Positions 1 to 12,459 of a DNA stretch of 64,000 nt are shown piece after piece. How positions within the stretch are numbered: position 1 is the first letter of the stretch; each line of letters begins with the position of its first letter. The translations under genes and the position numbers were made by a program. Below the pieces are notes generated by a model that did not search any database, had not been told where the DNA came from, and worked only from the letters and a program-made list of their open reading frames with translations. This stretch comes from Felis catus. Taxonomy: Eukaryota. Where the stretch lies: contig NC_058368.1 in NCBI RefSeq assembly GCF_018350175.1, positions 218,304,001-218,368,000 on the forward strand, written 5' to 3'.

Positions 1-414
1 TCCTTTCTAATCATTGGGATCCTATAGTCATTCTTCCCATCTAATTTCATTGGCTGGGCTCTCCAATACAACGTGGAATAAAAGCAATGAGAGGAGATAT
101 CCTTGTTTTGTTCCTGAGCTCAAAAGAAACCATTCAGTCTTTAGTATTAAATATAATCTTAGCTTTAGTATTTTTTTCTGTAAATGTATTTAATCATGTT
201 AAGGAAGTTCTCTTCTCTTTGTAATAATACTAATAATTGAGAGTTTCATCTTTCACATGATTTTTCTTCATGTATTCAGATAATAGAATGTTTTTAAAAG
301 TCCCTTTATGTTGTGAATTACCACGATTAATTATTGAATATTAAATCCTGTACTGCTTGAATGAACAGCACTTAGTCACAATATATTTTAATCTTTATAT
401 TTTACTGCATTCAA
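1..414 (-). mobile_element. Old LINE-1 (L1M-type) ORF2 fragment, antisense
   Basis: Degenerate reverse complement of the RT-region text (ctccaatacaacgtggaataaaagcaatgagaggagatatccttgttttgttcctga), corresponding to the [14 protein letters not shown] segment of the L1 at ~28340-28385. Confidence 0.7.
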
Positions 415-1477
415 TGTATCCAGCAGCATAATTCATGGGACCCAGTGCAAAATGAAAACATTTGGCCTCTTCTTCAAAAATGCAGGAAAAGTGTGCCTTT
501 AAAAGTACTAAGCAACACAGCTTTTCCTTTTCTTCCGCATCTCTCTCAATATACTTATCATTGTGTTTTTTCCTTTGTTCTTTAATATTGTCCTACATAA
601 AGAAACTTTAAAAATTGAAATCATTCGCAAGATGTTTATCATCACACCTATATTGTGCAATACCAGTTTTAAACGAAAACACATGAGCACTTAACTCTAA
701 TGCAGAATCATCAAAATTGCACATTTCATATTTTGTGGTTCTTATATATATATGCATTTCATTCTTGACATAAAAAAATGAAAACACTACAGAAATCTAC
801 CTCAACTATAGCTACTCTTGATGTAGCACATACTCCCAACAGTCTCTACATTTGGCTTAATGGTGGATATGAATGGAATGAAAGGAAAACCAAACCAAAA
901 ACAAACAAACAAACAAATAAATAAATAAATAAAATAAAATAAAATAAAATAAAATAAAACTATGGTTGCTCTATTTTTCCCTTCATTTTTATGTCATGAT
1001 ATTTAGCATAAGTGGTTGGTCAACACAGAAAAGTTTATATGGAAAGTGTAGCCTCTTAGGGCTATCAGTGACCTGGGTTATTCAGTCCTGGCTATTGATG
1101 AAATGAACACAGAATTCCCAGGGCCCCCAAAGCATACTAGTTCAGCAAGATTCAAAGTGCACACAAGATGAGCTACAATAAAAGCTTACCTCATATTCTC
1201 CTTGATTCTCACTGAACTACTCTGCGTTTTGGATTCATCAGAATCTGGTGCTTACTGGATATACAATGGGGTCATCAAAAAAGTGGGACATGCATATCGT
1301 GTGTATCTCCTCTGCTCACATGCAAGCTCAATGGTCATTTCAGACTTTGCTTGCAAAACAATTTCAAAAAGGAAATGATTAAGAATTTCAGGATGGTGGT
1401 ATCAGAGCATTAAAGAGTATGATGAATATTGGGTTCTGTGCATCTGTACAAGTCATAGGCCTATGATGTTTATCCTT
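415..1477 (+). mobile_element. MER45-family non-autonomous hAT (Tip100) DNA transposon, MER45B-like
   Basis: 5' end ccagcagcataattcatgggacccagtgcaaaatgaaaac and 3' end gggttctgtgcatctgtacaagtcataggcctatga resemble recalled MER45 termini; ~1.05 kb. Confidence 0.75.
884..960. repeat. A-rich compound microsatellite (AAACC/AAAC/AAAT/AAAAT)
   Basis: Read directly from sequence. Confidence 0.9.
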
Positions 1478-1564
1478 TTATATATGTGATACACATGTTC
1501 ATGTTCTGCAAGCTTAAATTGTATTAAAAAGAGAAAATGAGCATTTACAGACTTTGTCCCTCTC

Positions 1565-2046
1565 TGTGGGAAATCAAATAGCTATGTCCTGGTTAAGGAG
1601 ATTATAGGGAACACATTACACTGCTTTCTGGCCATGCTAAAAATAGCTGGCCAGTACCTAGTTAATGCATATTTAGGGGCTGGGTCCTGCCTGTGTGGAT
1701 GATTTCCTTAGACCATGTTATCTATGGAATATTTTATCTTGTTCTCCACCCTGCTTTCAGCATCTGCTCTTTTGTAGTCTTGGGAATGCCTTGTTTTATT
1801 GCATGCTTTCTATACATTCTTACTGGCATGTAGCCAGTGACATATTGTGCATATTTTCCCTATAATGTATGCCTAATAAATATGGGAAATTGAGAGGATC
1901 TCGGGGAGACTTCCCTTAGCCTCCTGCTCACCTCTCCTGATTTGCATGGAGTCTTGAGTAATCCTTTCTGCAGTCCTTGGCTTTGCTGGACAAAGCCAAA
2001 AGTGGAACCCACAATTGGTGACCCCAATGAGATTGCCAAATCCACA
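1565..2046 (+). mobile_element. ERV LTR (1565-2013) plus PBS and short 3'-LTR-like stub
   Basis: TGTGGG...CCCACA terminal inverted repeat, AATAAA at 1875-1880, PBS at 2016-2033, CCTCTC direct repeats at 1559-1564 and 2047-2052. Confidence 0.7.
2016..2033 (+). promoter_or_regulatory. Retroviral primer-binding site, tRNA-Trp type
   Basis: TGGTGACCCCAATGAGAT vs tRNA-Trp complement TGGTGACCCCGACGTGAT: 15/18, two mismatches are CpG-decay transitions; 2 nt after the LTR-terminal CA. Confidence 0.8.
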
Positions 2047-2918
2047 CCTCTCTTTTTAAAATTTAAATATATATAAACACATCTTATTCTAGTTATGTTT
2101 CCTCAATTATACATTTTCCTTTTTAGGTATTTTACATTGAATTTTCTTATTTGAGCATCACTAGGGTATCAATCTTTCACACACTTAACTAGTTGTAGCA
2201 TTATTATTGTTGTTACTGCTTATATTATTGTTAAAACTACTGACATTTCCAAATATTGGATAATGAGACTCACTTAAACTATCTCTTTTGTACTTCATCT
2301 ATTACCTTTTATAGCACCCATGTTTTCTAACAACAACATTGCTACCAGATCCAACCTGACATTTTCCTTGTTTTCTAGGGATATGGATGATCAGTGACAT
2401 TCAATGTGTTCCTTTAGAGGACATGAGAGTATGAGAGACATATTAAAAATACTACAGATGGACTTGAGAGTGGGTCGTAAGAAAGAGTGCTCTGATATTT
2501 TCAGCCACAAATAATATGGATTGCGTAGGTGGAAATGTCTTATAAAAGATGGGGATTCACATTGATTAGTCCAATCTATTTTTCTCTCAGAATATTCTTC
2601 ATCTATCACCAAAACTTTCTATAATAGTGACATTCAAAAAGATAAATTTTCAAACATCTTATACATTACAGATTACTTTTTTGATTTTCCTTAGATTTAA
2701 TGAAAGAATGGGTTCATATTTCTTATTTCTTTACCTCTTTTTACTACCACTCCTGAAGTATAGAATAACTAATCTTGCATTTTAGCCATACATAATTCTT
2801 ATTTTTGTATAATATACTATCTTCAACTTTTGAATGTTATTTAAGGTTTTTGTATTACGTTTTGATCTAAATTTATAATGGAATCTCTAAATTCAAATAG
2901 TTATAATTACCTTATTTA

Positions 2919-2956
2919 TTTATTTTATTAAAAAATTTTATTAGTTTATTTTTTTT

Positions 2957-2990
<34 letters not shown>

Positions 2991-3149
2991 AGGGGAGGGC
3001 TGGAGAAAGAGGGAGAGAGAAAATCCCAAGCAGTCTCCATACCATCAGCACAGAGCCCAACGTGGGGCTTGAACCCATGAACCATGAGATTATGACCTGA
3101 GCTGAAATCAAGAGTTGGATGCTTAAACAATTGAGCCTCCTAAGTGCCC
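2919..3149 (-). mobile_element. Can-SINE (SINEC_Fc-like)
   Basis: tRNA-like head, (CT)n, A-tail on minus strand; TSD tataattacc(t/c)tattta at 2902-2918 and 3150-3166. Confidence 0.95.
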
Positions 3150-4139
3150 TATAATTACCCTATTTAGATGAAAGGCAAAGTTACAAAAACAAAAACAAAA
3201 ACACACTTCATTTTAATGCCAGATTTACTAGAAACTAAGCTCTTAACATCTGTAGCCCTATGAAGGAATTAATCCTTTGATAAGCCTACAAAGACAGAGG
3301 GAGCAGGATCCCTTTCTGAGTCCTGACATAATGACAAGCATGACTGAGCGTTTTAAAAAATGTACCAAATACCCAGGCACATTTGCCACTTCTCACTTTC
3401 TTGAGAGAGATCCTAAAGGCATTGCTGCATCTATAACTCCTATCAAGATGTAGAATTTTCTGGTCAGCAGCCTTAAGACTATCGTTTATTTAGGAATTGT
3501 TCGTGTTATCTCATAGTAGCTGTGATGTGGAAGTCAGCCAAAAACAGGGTAATAAAAAGGAACGAGGCAATTATCTAAAGAATGAAAGTAACAATATGCA
3601 CTTGTGACAAGAGGGAAGAAAATGACTGGATGCTTGTCTCAAATAAAGAGATTACATTATGAGTTCAAGGGAAAAGGCAGTAATATATTGCTTTATACCT
3701 TATATATATGCACCATAAAGAGAAAATAGTGTGATACTAGGGAATGAGAGAAGGAGAATTTGTAGGGAGTCAGCTTTGGACATTTTAAGACAGTCTCTTT
3801 AAAATGATGCACATCTTCTCAAGGACACGCTTTGCATCCCAGATATACATCAGAGAACAGAAAATTTAATCCCTTAGTAACATCACAATTCTGGGATAAT
3901 GCCTTTCCGTATTACCATATTTACATAATTAGGAAGAATGATATTTTTCAGGTGAACTGTGCTGTACATGTATGGGCGAGGTTGGCATTTTATTACTCCT
4001 CGTAATGACAAGAATAACTTAGGAATCTCTCTTAATCTTGATAGTCTTTTTGTTGTTTTTTTCCCTTTACAATAACTGCTTTGTGGGGAAATCCTTAAAT
4101 ACTCTATAAATATGTGGCTCCTGTTATGATAGATATTAT

Positions 4140-4435
4140 ATTTTCCAAAACAATGTCTCTGGTCTCATGTGCTCTTTTACCATGTTCCCTGGTTAACCTC
4201 CCATCAAATGGTGGAATCTAAAAACTTCCCCCTGATCTGTTCGGGCTTATAAATGCTTTGACAAATACCGGTGGTAGTGGTGACACTGTGTGACTTCCAA
4301 ATAATAGATGATGTAGCCTTTCCATGTTTTACTGGAACATGCTCACTTAGGGTGCTGAACTACAATATAAGGAGTCTAACTTCCTGAATCCACGCTGCTG
4401 TGAGGAATTGAACTGGTACAAAGAGACTATATGTG
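4140..4435 (+). mobile_element. MaLR LTR fragment (MLT1G/H-like)
   Basis: ctcccatcaaatggtggaatcta...tgctttgacaaata...gtgacactgtgtgacttcc resembles the MLT1 core. Confidence 0.55.
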
Positions 4436-4961
4436 GTAACTTTGCTTCTGGGAGATTCCAATAGTGATGGCATCTCATTGTGGTGTTCATTTTCATGTCT
4501 CTAATGTCTAATGATGTCGAGTATCTTTCCATACGCTTATATGTCATCCATACATCTTCTTTGCTACATGTCTATTTAAATCTTCTGCCTTTATTATTAA
4601 GTATTGGGAGTTCTTTATGTATTCTGAATATAAATTCATTATCAGATATAGGAATTGCAAATATATTTCCCAGTCTTATGTAGTTATTTCATTCTTTTAA
4701 CAGTATTTTTCAAAGGGCAGACACTTTCAATTTTGATGAAGTTCAATGTGTAAGTTTGATTTACTTTTATGGAATGGGTTTTTCATATTGTAATTAAAGG
4801 CATCTTTCACCAACCCAGGATTACAAATACTTTTTCTAGGTTTACTTTCAGGAGTACATAGTTTTAAGTTTTAGATTTAGGACCTGATCCATTGTCAGTT
4901 AATTTTTGGACATAATGCAAGGTATGGAGCGAAATTCATTGTTTTTCCAGGATCATTTCTT

Positions 4962-4963
4962 TT

Positions 4964-5024
<61 letters not shown>

Positions 5025-5229
5025 TTTCTTTTAATTTTCTTGATTTATTTTGAGAGAGACAACAGAGACAGGGGAGGGGCAGAGAGAGAGGGAGAGAGAG
5101 AATCCCAAGCAGGCTCCATACTGACAGCACAGGGCCCGAGATGGAGTTTGATCTCACAAACCATGACACCATGACCTGAGCTGAAACCAAGAGTCTGTTG
5201 CTTAATGGACTGAGCCACAGAGGTGCCCC
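4962..5229 (-). mobile_element. Can-SINE with (GAAA)n tail
   Basis: TSD tccagg(a/g)tcatttctt at 4946-4961 and 5230-5245. Confidence 0.95.
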
Positions 5230-5312
5230 TCCAGGGTCATTTCTTAAGGATATATACTTTCTCCACTGAATTGCCTTTGCAACTTTGTTAAAAATAAGCA
5301 AGTTAGTCTCTT

Positions 5313-5370
<58 letters not shown>

Positions 5371-5569
5371 TTTTTCGTGTTTATTTTCGAGAGAGAGAGA
5401 GAGAGAGCAAGTGGGGTAAGTGGCAGAAAGGGAGACATAGAATCTGAATCAGGCTTCAGGCTCTGAACTGTCAGCACAGAGCCCCACGTGGATCTGGAAC
5501 CCATCAACTGTGAGGTCATGGCCTGAGCTGAAGTCAGATGCTTAACCAACTGAGACACTCAGTTGCCCC
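5313..5569 (-). mobile_element. Can-SINE with (GAAA)n tail
   Basis: SINE body motifs gagctgaagtcagatgcttaacc and ctgtcagcacagagccc. Confidence 0.95.
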
Positions 5570-6116
5570 GAAGTTGGTATATTTCCTGACTCAGTTATCT
5601 GATTTCTTGGGTGATGTGTCTAAATTAATGACACTAAGGCACTATCTTTCTTGAATATTGTACCCACTTAGTAACTCCTCAGGGAAGGAAAATAATTCCT
5701 CCTACTTTTTCAAAATTGTTTTGGTAACTTTAGTGACTTTGCATTTTAAATGGATTTTGGAGTCACATTTTCAATTTCTAAACTCTAGCTCATATTTTAA
5801 TTATGATTGCTTTCCATCTATAGGTGGTTTAGAAAAAAACCTGGTATTTTAAATTATTGAGTTTTCCAGTCAATAAACAGTGTATCTCTCCATTTATCTA
5901 GATCTTCTTTATTTCATAGATAATAGTTTGCATTCTTCAGACAAAAAAACCTGTAAACAATTTGAGTTTGGTTCTTAAATGTTTTATATTTTTGTGATAT
6001 TGTTAATGTCATTCTTCTCCAAATTTCAGTATCCAAGATTTTACTGTTAGTATTGGAGCAAATAACGGTTATTTTTATATTAATCTTGTATCCTAAAACT
6101 TCACAAAATTATATTC

Positions 6117-6336
6117 TTTTTTTACTTAAAAATTTTTAATGTTTATTTATTTTTGGGAGAGAGAGACAGAGTACAAGCAGGGGAGGGGCAGAGAGAGGAA
6201 GACACAGAATCTGAGGTAGGCTCTAGGCTCTGAGCTGTCAGCACAGAGCCTGATGTGGGGCTCAGACCCACAAACCATGAGATAATGACCTGAGCCAAAG
6301 TTGGACGCTTAACCAGCTGAGCCACCCAGGTGCCTC
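6117..6336 (-). mobile_element. Can-SINE
   Basis: Complete body ending gccacccaggtgcc; degenerate TSD. Confidence 0.95.
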
Positions 6337-6477
6337 ATAAAACTAATATTCTCATTCTCACCGCCCCTTCTTACTCTTTCGAGGAGTTTTTTGGAGATTG
6401 CATTGGATATTTTTACATCAACAATCATAGCATCTGAAAATAAAGATATCTTCATTTCCTCTCTTGCAATCTGGGTA

Positions 6478-6805
6478 CTTTTTCTTTTTTTTTTTTTTTT
6501 TTTTTCTTTTTAGTTTCAAATACTTTATTTTGTAGAGCAGTTGTTTTAGTATTCTAAAAAATTTGAGAAGATAGTGCCAAGAGTCCCCATCCTGCATAGT
6601 TTCCTCTATTAACATTTTATATCCATATGTTGTATTTGTACCAATTAATGAACTGATGTTGATGCATTGTTATTAACTAAAGACTATACTTTTTTCAGGT
6701 TTTCTTACTTTTTACCTAGTTCTTACCTTTTCCTGTTCCATGACACCATCTATGAAACTATATTACATTAAATAGTCATATTTGGCTGTGATAGTTTCTC
6801 AGACA
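6478..6805 (-). mobile_element. Old L1 3' end (L1MC-like), antisense, with poly(T)
   Basis: Poly-T run then tactttattttgtagagcagtt...aattaatgaactgatgttgatgcattgttattaactaaag. Confidence 0.6.
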
Positions 6806-6849
6806 TGGATGATATCTGAATAGATTAATATAACAAGGAAAAAAGTTGT

Positions 6850-7650
6850 TATATTCCAACTACATATATTTTCAGTGTCCATCATACCTTTATGAAGTAC
6901 AAGAATTCCCACTGGCATTGTTTTCCTATGTTTACTAGGACTACATTCAATATTTTCTTTAGAGTTCAGTTCTTTGGATATATTTTTAAAATTTTCTATT
7001 TGAAATGCTTTTTATCTGCATAAAACTTTGAAATATATTTTCATATTTCAACCCAGGTAAATAGCCTTGTGTTGACAGATTTTTTTTTCCTTCCAGTACT
7101 TTAAAGGTGATGCTACAATGATTTATTTCTTCCTTTGTTTTTCATAAGAAATCTGCAGCCAATCTCATTTTTTTTCTTTGCACCCAATGTGTATTTTTCT
7201 TTCATTCTTTTTAAGTTTTCTTTCCTTCTCTTTAACCATGTTTTCAAACAGTTTAATTATGATATGTCTTGGTAACACATTTCTTGTTCTTGGGGTTCTT
7301 TGAGCTTCTTTAATATGTGTTTATAGCTTTTATCAAATTTGGACAGTTTTTGCCCATTTTTTCTTGAAATGTGTTTGCTGAAAGTTCTTGTAACTGCTCT
7401 CCTTCAATGATTTTAATGGCCTAACTCTAGTCCATTTAAAATCATTCCCTATCTCACATCCCCTATCTCTGTTCATTATTTTAGTTTTTTTTTTTCACTC
7501 TGCACTTTATTTTAGATAGCTTCCATTGGCATATCATCAAGTTCACTACCCTTTCCTGCTATAATGTTTAATCTCATCAATTCATTTTTCATTATAAACA
7601 CTATAGATTTCATCAAGCAGAAATTCCATTATTGCCATCTTCCAAGGTTC
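6850..7650 (-). mobile_element. Very old L1 5'/ORF1-region fragment, antisense
   Basis: gttgacagatttttttccttccagtactttaaag...ataagaaatctgcag...atcaaatttggacagttttt. Confidence 0.55.
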
Positions 7651-8419
7651 TGAATATGTTCATCTTTATTCTGACTCTTTCCAAAAATAAATCTGGGTAC
7701 TGTTATCAAAGAAAGAAACCTTAAATAAGGGCCAAAATATCAATAAATATTTGCCATGTTCTAATTTATTAGGAAGTGATGAATGGAAGTACACATGGGA
7801 ATTGGTATAGTCATGTTCAGACATATTTAATGTAAGATAAAATTGCAGATGTCATAGATGGTAATTTAATTTATAATTACAAATAAATAGCATGCTAAGT
7901 TTTTAACAGAACTTACTAATTTTATTATTGGCTCTCTTATTCCACTATCGAGAGAAACATTGCTTGATGCTTACTTTTATCTAGGTATTTTTCTATGAAA
8001 TTATAAGTTTAACTGACCCGAATATTTTGTTCTTCTTTTCATTTTTATTTTATATATTAAAAAAAATATTCTTAATCCAGTAGTCCAATTGGTTGTACTG
8101 AATACTTGTTCACAAGGTCTATTCTTGAATAGATCAAGGGAAATCCACTGACATGTCATAGTACTTTTGTTGCCTCAAGGAAACAAGTTATAGTTTCAAT
8201 TCAATGGTATTCGAAAATGCACCCATCGTAAACAATCTATTTTTTAATCTTTATTTTGTATTTGGGTCTACTGTCTTCCTACACTGCTATAGCCTAGGTA
8301 AAAAATAAGGTTTACTACCCTTAAAAATGTAGACAAGTTTATGCCAAAGACCAACAAGAATGAAAAGGTAGAGAAAGAAAAAGGAAAAACAACAACAAAT
8401 CTCTTCCTTTCTTCTTTTC

Positions 8420-9140
8420 TCTTGTTTTGAGATATAACTGAAATAAAACATTGTATAAGTTTAATTTACCTAATGCGTTCATTTGACCCACTTATATATT
8501 ACACTATGATTACCACCATAGTGTCAGTTTTTCATTTTAAAGATTCCACGTATTAAATGGATATCATAAAGTACATGTCTTATTTCACTTAGCATAATGC
8601 CCTTAAGTTGCATTCATATTGTCACAAATGGCTGTATTTGTGAATTTGGGAATGGTTTTTCTCATGGTTGAATGACATTTCATTGCATATGTAAACCATA
8701 TGTTCTTCATCCAATCATCCACTGATGGACACTTAGGTTGTTGCCATATTGTGGCTGTTGTTAATAATGGTGCAATGAACACAAGAGTGCTTGTGCTTCT
8801 ATCTCTTTGAGTTAGTAATTTTAATTCCTTTGGATGTATATATCAAAGAAGGATTGCTAGATCATATTTTTTGAGGAAACTTCATAAGGTTTTCCATAGT
8901 GGTTGTATTAATTTACATTCCCACTAACAGTGTACAAGGGCTCCCTTTTCTCCACACCCTTATCTTTTGTTTTTTGATGGTAGCCATTCTAGCAGGTGTG
9001 AAGTGACATTTCATTGTGGCTTTGACTTGCATTTCCCTGATGATTAGTGGTTTGAGCACCTTTGTGTATACATGCTGGCCATTTGTGTGCCTTCTTTAGA
9101 AACAAATATCTATTTGGTCCACCTGCTCATTAAGCATTTG
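8420..9140 (-). mobile_element. L1 3' end (L1MA9/L1_Carn-like), antisense
   Basis: ttgagatataactgaaataaaacattgtataagttt...atccactgatggacacttaggttg...ttacattcccactaacagtgtacaagggctccc. Confidence 0.85.
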
Positions 9141-9212
9141 CCCATGTTGTTCTGACTACTTTTCCACAAAGGATTTTATTCTTGCATTTGAGTATAAAAA
9201 TTAGGCAATCAA

Positions 9213-9442
9213 GGGGCACCTGGCCGACTTTGGCTCAGGCCATGATCTCGTCGTTGGTTAGTTCGAGCCCCACGTTGGGCTCTGGGCTGAGGGCCCAGAA
9301 CCTGGAGTCTGCCTCGAATTCTGGGTCTCCCTCTCTCTCTGTTCCTCTCCTGTTCACGCTCTCTCAAAAATAAACATTAAAAAAAGAAAGGAAAGGAAAA
9401 GACAAGAAAAGACAAAAAAAGACAAGACAAGAAAATAAAAGA
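9213..9442 (+). mobile_element. Can-SINE with internal deletion of the A-box region
   Basis: TSD aaaaattaggca(a/t)tcaa at 9196-9212 and 9443-9459; ggggcacctgg joined directly to ccgactttggctcagg. Confidence 0.93.
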
Positions 9443-10689
9443 AAAAATTAGGCATTCAAAATTTGTTTCTTTCTTCTTTGAGTGCCAGGAAAAGCAGGTA
9501 ATGTTTTTTAATTACCTGTTTCCATAATTATATAATTGTTTCACTCAAAGTTAATGTAGGCTTAATTTGTTTAAATTTTATGGTTTATGTTGTATCATAA
9601 ATTTTACCAATTATGCTTTAAAAATCAGGTCTAAGAAGTTCTTTGCTAGCTATCAATCACAGTCCTTAATGCTTCTTGATTATATCTTTCAGAATTTTTT
9701 ATATTCATTTATTTAATCTACATTTATATGTTTCTTTAAGTTTTAAAATCATATTTGTTGCATGTTTTAACATTAATAACATTATAAATTATTAAGCAGA
9801 TTAATAATTTGCTACACATATTACTTAATTTGTATTAAGCTACTTCTGATATATATAACATGAAAATTCTCTTTCTCTCTAGTTGCAAATACAAGTTATC
9901 TGCTTAGGTTTAATCACTATTTAACAATTCCTTGTGTTATTTTTTTCTAGAAAATTTTCATTTACATGCAAATATGTATTATACATATGCATATATATAC
10001 TTATAAATAAATGAATTATTCTATTATACCTTGTATTTGTTAATCTTGCTTCACCACTAATAATTACTTCTGAATGTCACAGGTATCTAATTTATTTCAT
10101 GTACAACATAATATTCCATTTAAATTATATTAAAATAAATGAAGCTCCCATTCTAAGAAACAATTAAGTTGTCTGCCATTTTACCAGGACAAAAAATACT
10201 GTTTTGAAAATTTCATGTAGATTTGTTTGAGTATTTCTATAGGATTAAATTCATAAAAATGGAATTGCTAGATCTAAGTCTATACACTTTTTAAATGTAA
10301 TAAGGAGATCAGTAAAGTAGTTCATTGCATTTACCCTAGACTGAAAGATTTTAGATTCTTCCAACCATTATGGGTTTTCCACGTGGCAAATGAGAAGCGA
10401 AATATTTTAAGCTACAAGTCTGTCAAACATGGCCTACACAGCACAACAAAACCGGCACAGAATGTTAAATAGGATTCTTCCTGGTTTGGTGTTTTATCTG
10501 AGAACACATAGTTAAAAGAAGCATGTGCTTTGTATCTCCAGTTTTAAAATGGGTAACTATATTGATAAACAGTTTAGTTGATCAGTATCTCCAAAGTGGT
10601 TTTACCACCCTTAAGTCATTTTCAGACTTGGTAGAGGGTAAGTGAGGAATTAATAAATAAGATAGTTGAATGAGTTTTCAAGATCCAAG

Positions 10690-11410
10690 GATTTTATGGC
10701 CCCGTGAGGAAGGTGGAGTTTCCTCCCCACAACTGTAAGCACAGTGAAGAGGGTGTCATGTGACGACTTTGGAGGGCAACATCTCTGAAATATTCAACTG
10801 ACAAGTTCCAAAAGTAAGTGGCTGACTGGAGCTGACACAGCAAAAGTTAAAAGAGAGTGAGAGAGGGAGAGAGAGAAAGAGAGAGAGAGATGGATTTGGA
10901 CCTGTCCCTTCTTGGTTTTCAGTGTAAGTATGCTAGAATTTTCCTCATGTCCAAGTAAATCTTTGGAGACACATTGCAGTTTTAAACTTTAAAGGTAGCT
11001 AGCCACCATGGCTTGCCTGAAGGTATAAGATTACTGCTCAGAAAAAGTTTCTGTGGAATAAACTGATAGAAAACAGGGGTAAAGATGTATTGCTAAGAGG
11101 AATGGCCAACTAGATGAGACACATCCTGCTGTGAGTATCCGCCAGTGGGTGAACCCAAGGATTTGAATTAACCAAGGGCACCAAAGAGGTGACAGAGGTG
11201 ACAGAGACAGCTTTGGACTTCCTGAAGCAAGATTTAAAGCAAACAAGCTGGCATATTTTTTCCCCTTCTTTTCTTCTAAAATAACTTTTTCCTGGCCCCA
11301 ACACAAGAGAGGATATAAAAGCAACTACTGAGTTCGGGAGAGTTTGGAATTTCAAAGATTAAAGAAACCAACTATAACCCATTCCTTCTCCACTAGTCTT
11401 CTAATTTACA
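10690..11410 (+). mobile_element. Probable ancient LTR, family unassigned
   Basis: TATAAAA 11314-11320, ATTAAA 11358-11363, ends ...TTTACA; higher GC than flanks; 5' boundary uncertain. Confidence 0.4.
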
Positions 11411-12459
11411 GTGAGAATTAACGGATTTTTGAACCACTAATAGACAATATTTGAAAAAAATGCACAAATTTATCTTTAGAGTGTTCTTATTTCATTTTAA
11501 CATATGTTCTCAAATGTAATTAATGTATTCATACGGAGACTATAAATTTTGTTGTTATTCTACAAAAAATTAAAAAATACACGCTTAGGTCTGTTTTAAG
11601 TACTTTACGTGTTGTGATCAATGAAGAAAGTGTGGCCCCAGCTGCCATTTTGCCTTCCCAGCAGGCCACATGCAGTGGCAGATTTTTGTGGGGTATAAAG
11701 GCCTGGACATTTCAGCACAACTAGAGAAAACTTTGCAAGACTATTCTTTCTGCAAAGTTTCCCCGACTGATCCGTTGAGGTGGTTGCCAGGCCTGCTTTC
11801 TGCTGAACTACTCCCTTTGGTGCATTTTTACTTTCATCTCCTTCCTCGCACAGGTGTTAAATCTAAGAGCACTTAAAACATCATGCCAGCTAAATTGTAT
11901 CCCAAAGTCTGCACCAGAAGCACCCAATCAGCAATATATCTTATAATTCAGTTAATATTAAAACAACTTTCTGATCAGAGAACTATTAATATTCTCATTT
12001 GAAGATAATGAAATATAGATGCATATATTTTTAAATAAATTGGTAAACATAAGTGAATGCTTCAAAAAAACTTAAAGAGTCTTAGTTTAAGAAATTTTAA
12101 AAAGTACTCTAGAGAGCAGACCTAGGAAGGACAATAGTACATTTAAACACCTTTTTCAACCAAACCAACAGGATATCTATGGAACAAGCAACATTGTTTT
12201 GCCACATAATAAGACTTCTTATTTTCCTCTCTGATCATTTTTGAAACACTAAACATCTGTCTGTTATGTCAAACATCATGACTTGACCATTTTTCTATAC
12301 TTTAGATTTGCTTTTTGATTTTGTGTGTCTTTACAGGATCAAGGTCTTACTTCCCAGCTTTCAAATATTTTCCCTAGTTTAAACCCTACTCCCCCCTTAC
12401 TTAAATACCACCTACTAGGTTTAAATATCTATATTTTTCAATATAATGTGTTTTATCCT

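Larger units (their letters stand above)
4460..6480 (-). mobile_element. Old LINE-1 ORF2 fragment, antisense, interrupted by three SINEs
   Basis: Typical antisense ORF2 text (gatggcatctcattgtggt, gagttctttatgtattctgaata, tttccagtcaataaacag, atcatagcatctgaaaataaaga). Confidence 0.8.

Noticed and set aside
2362..2480. Strong acceptor ttttccttgttttctag near 2378
   Set aside because: All three frames stop within ~60 nt and there is no convincing donor.
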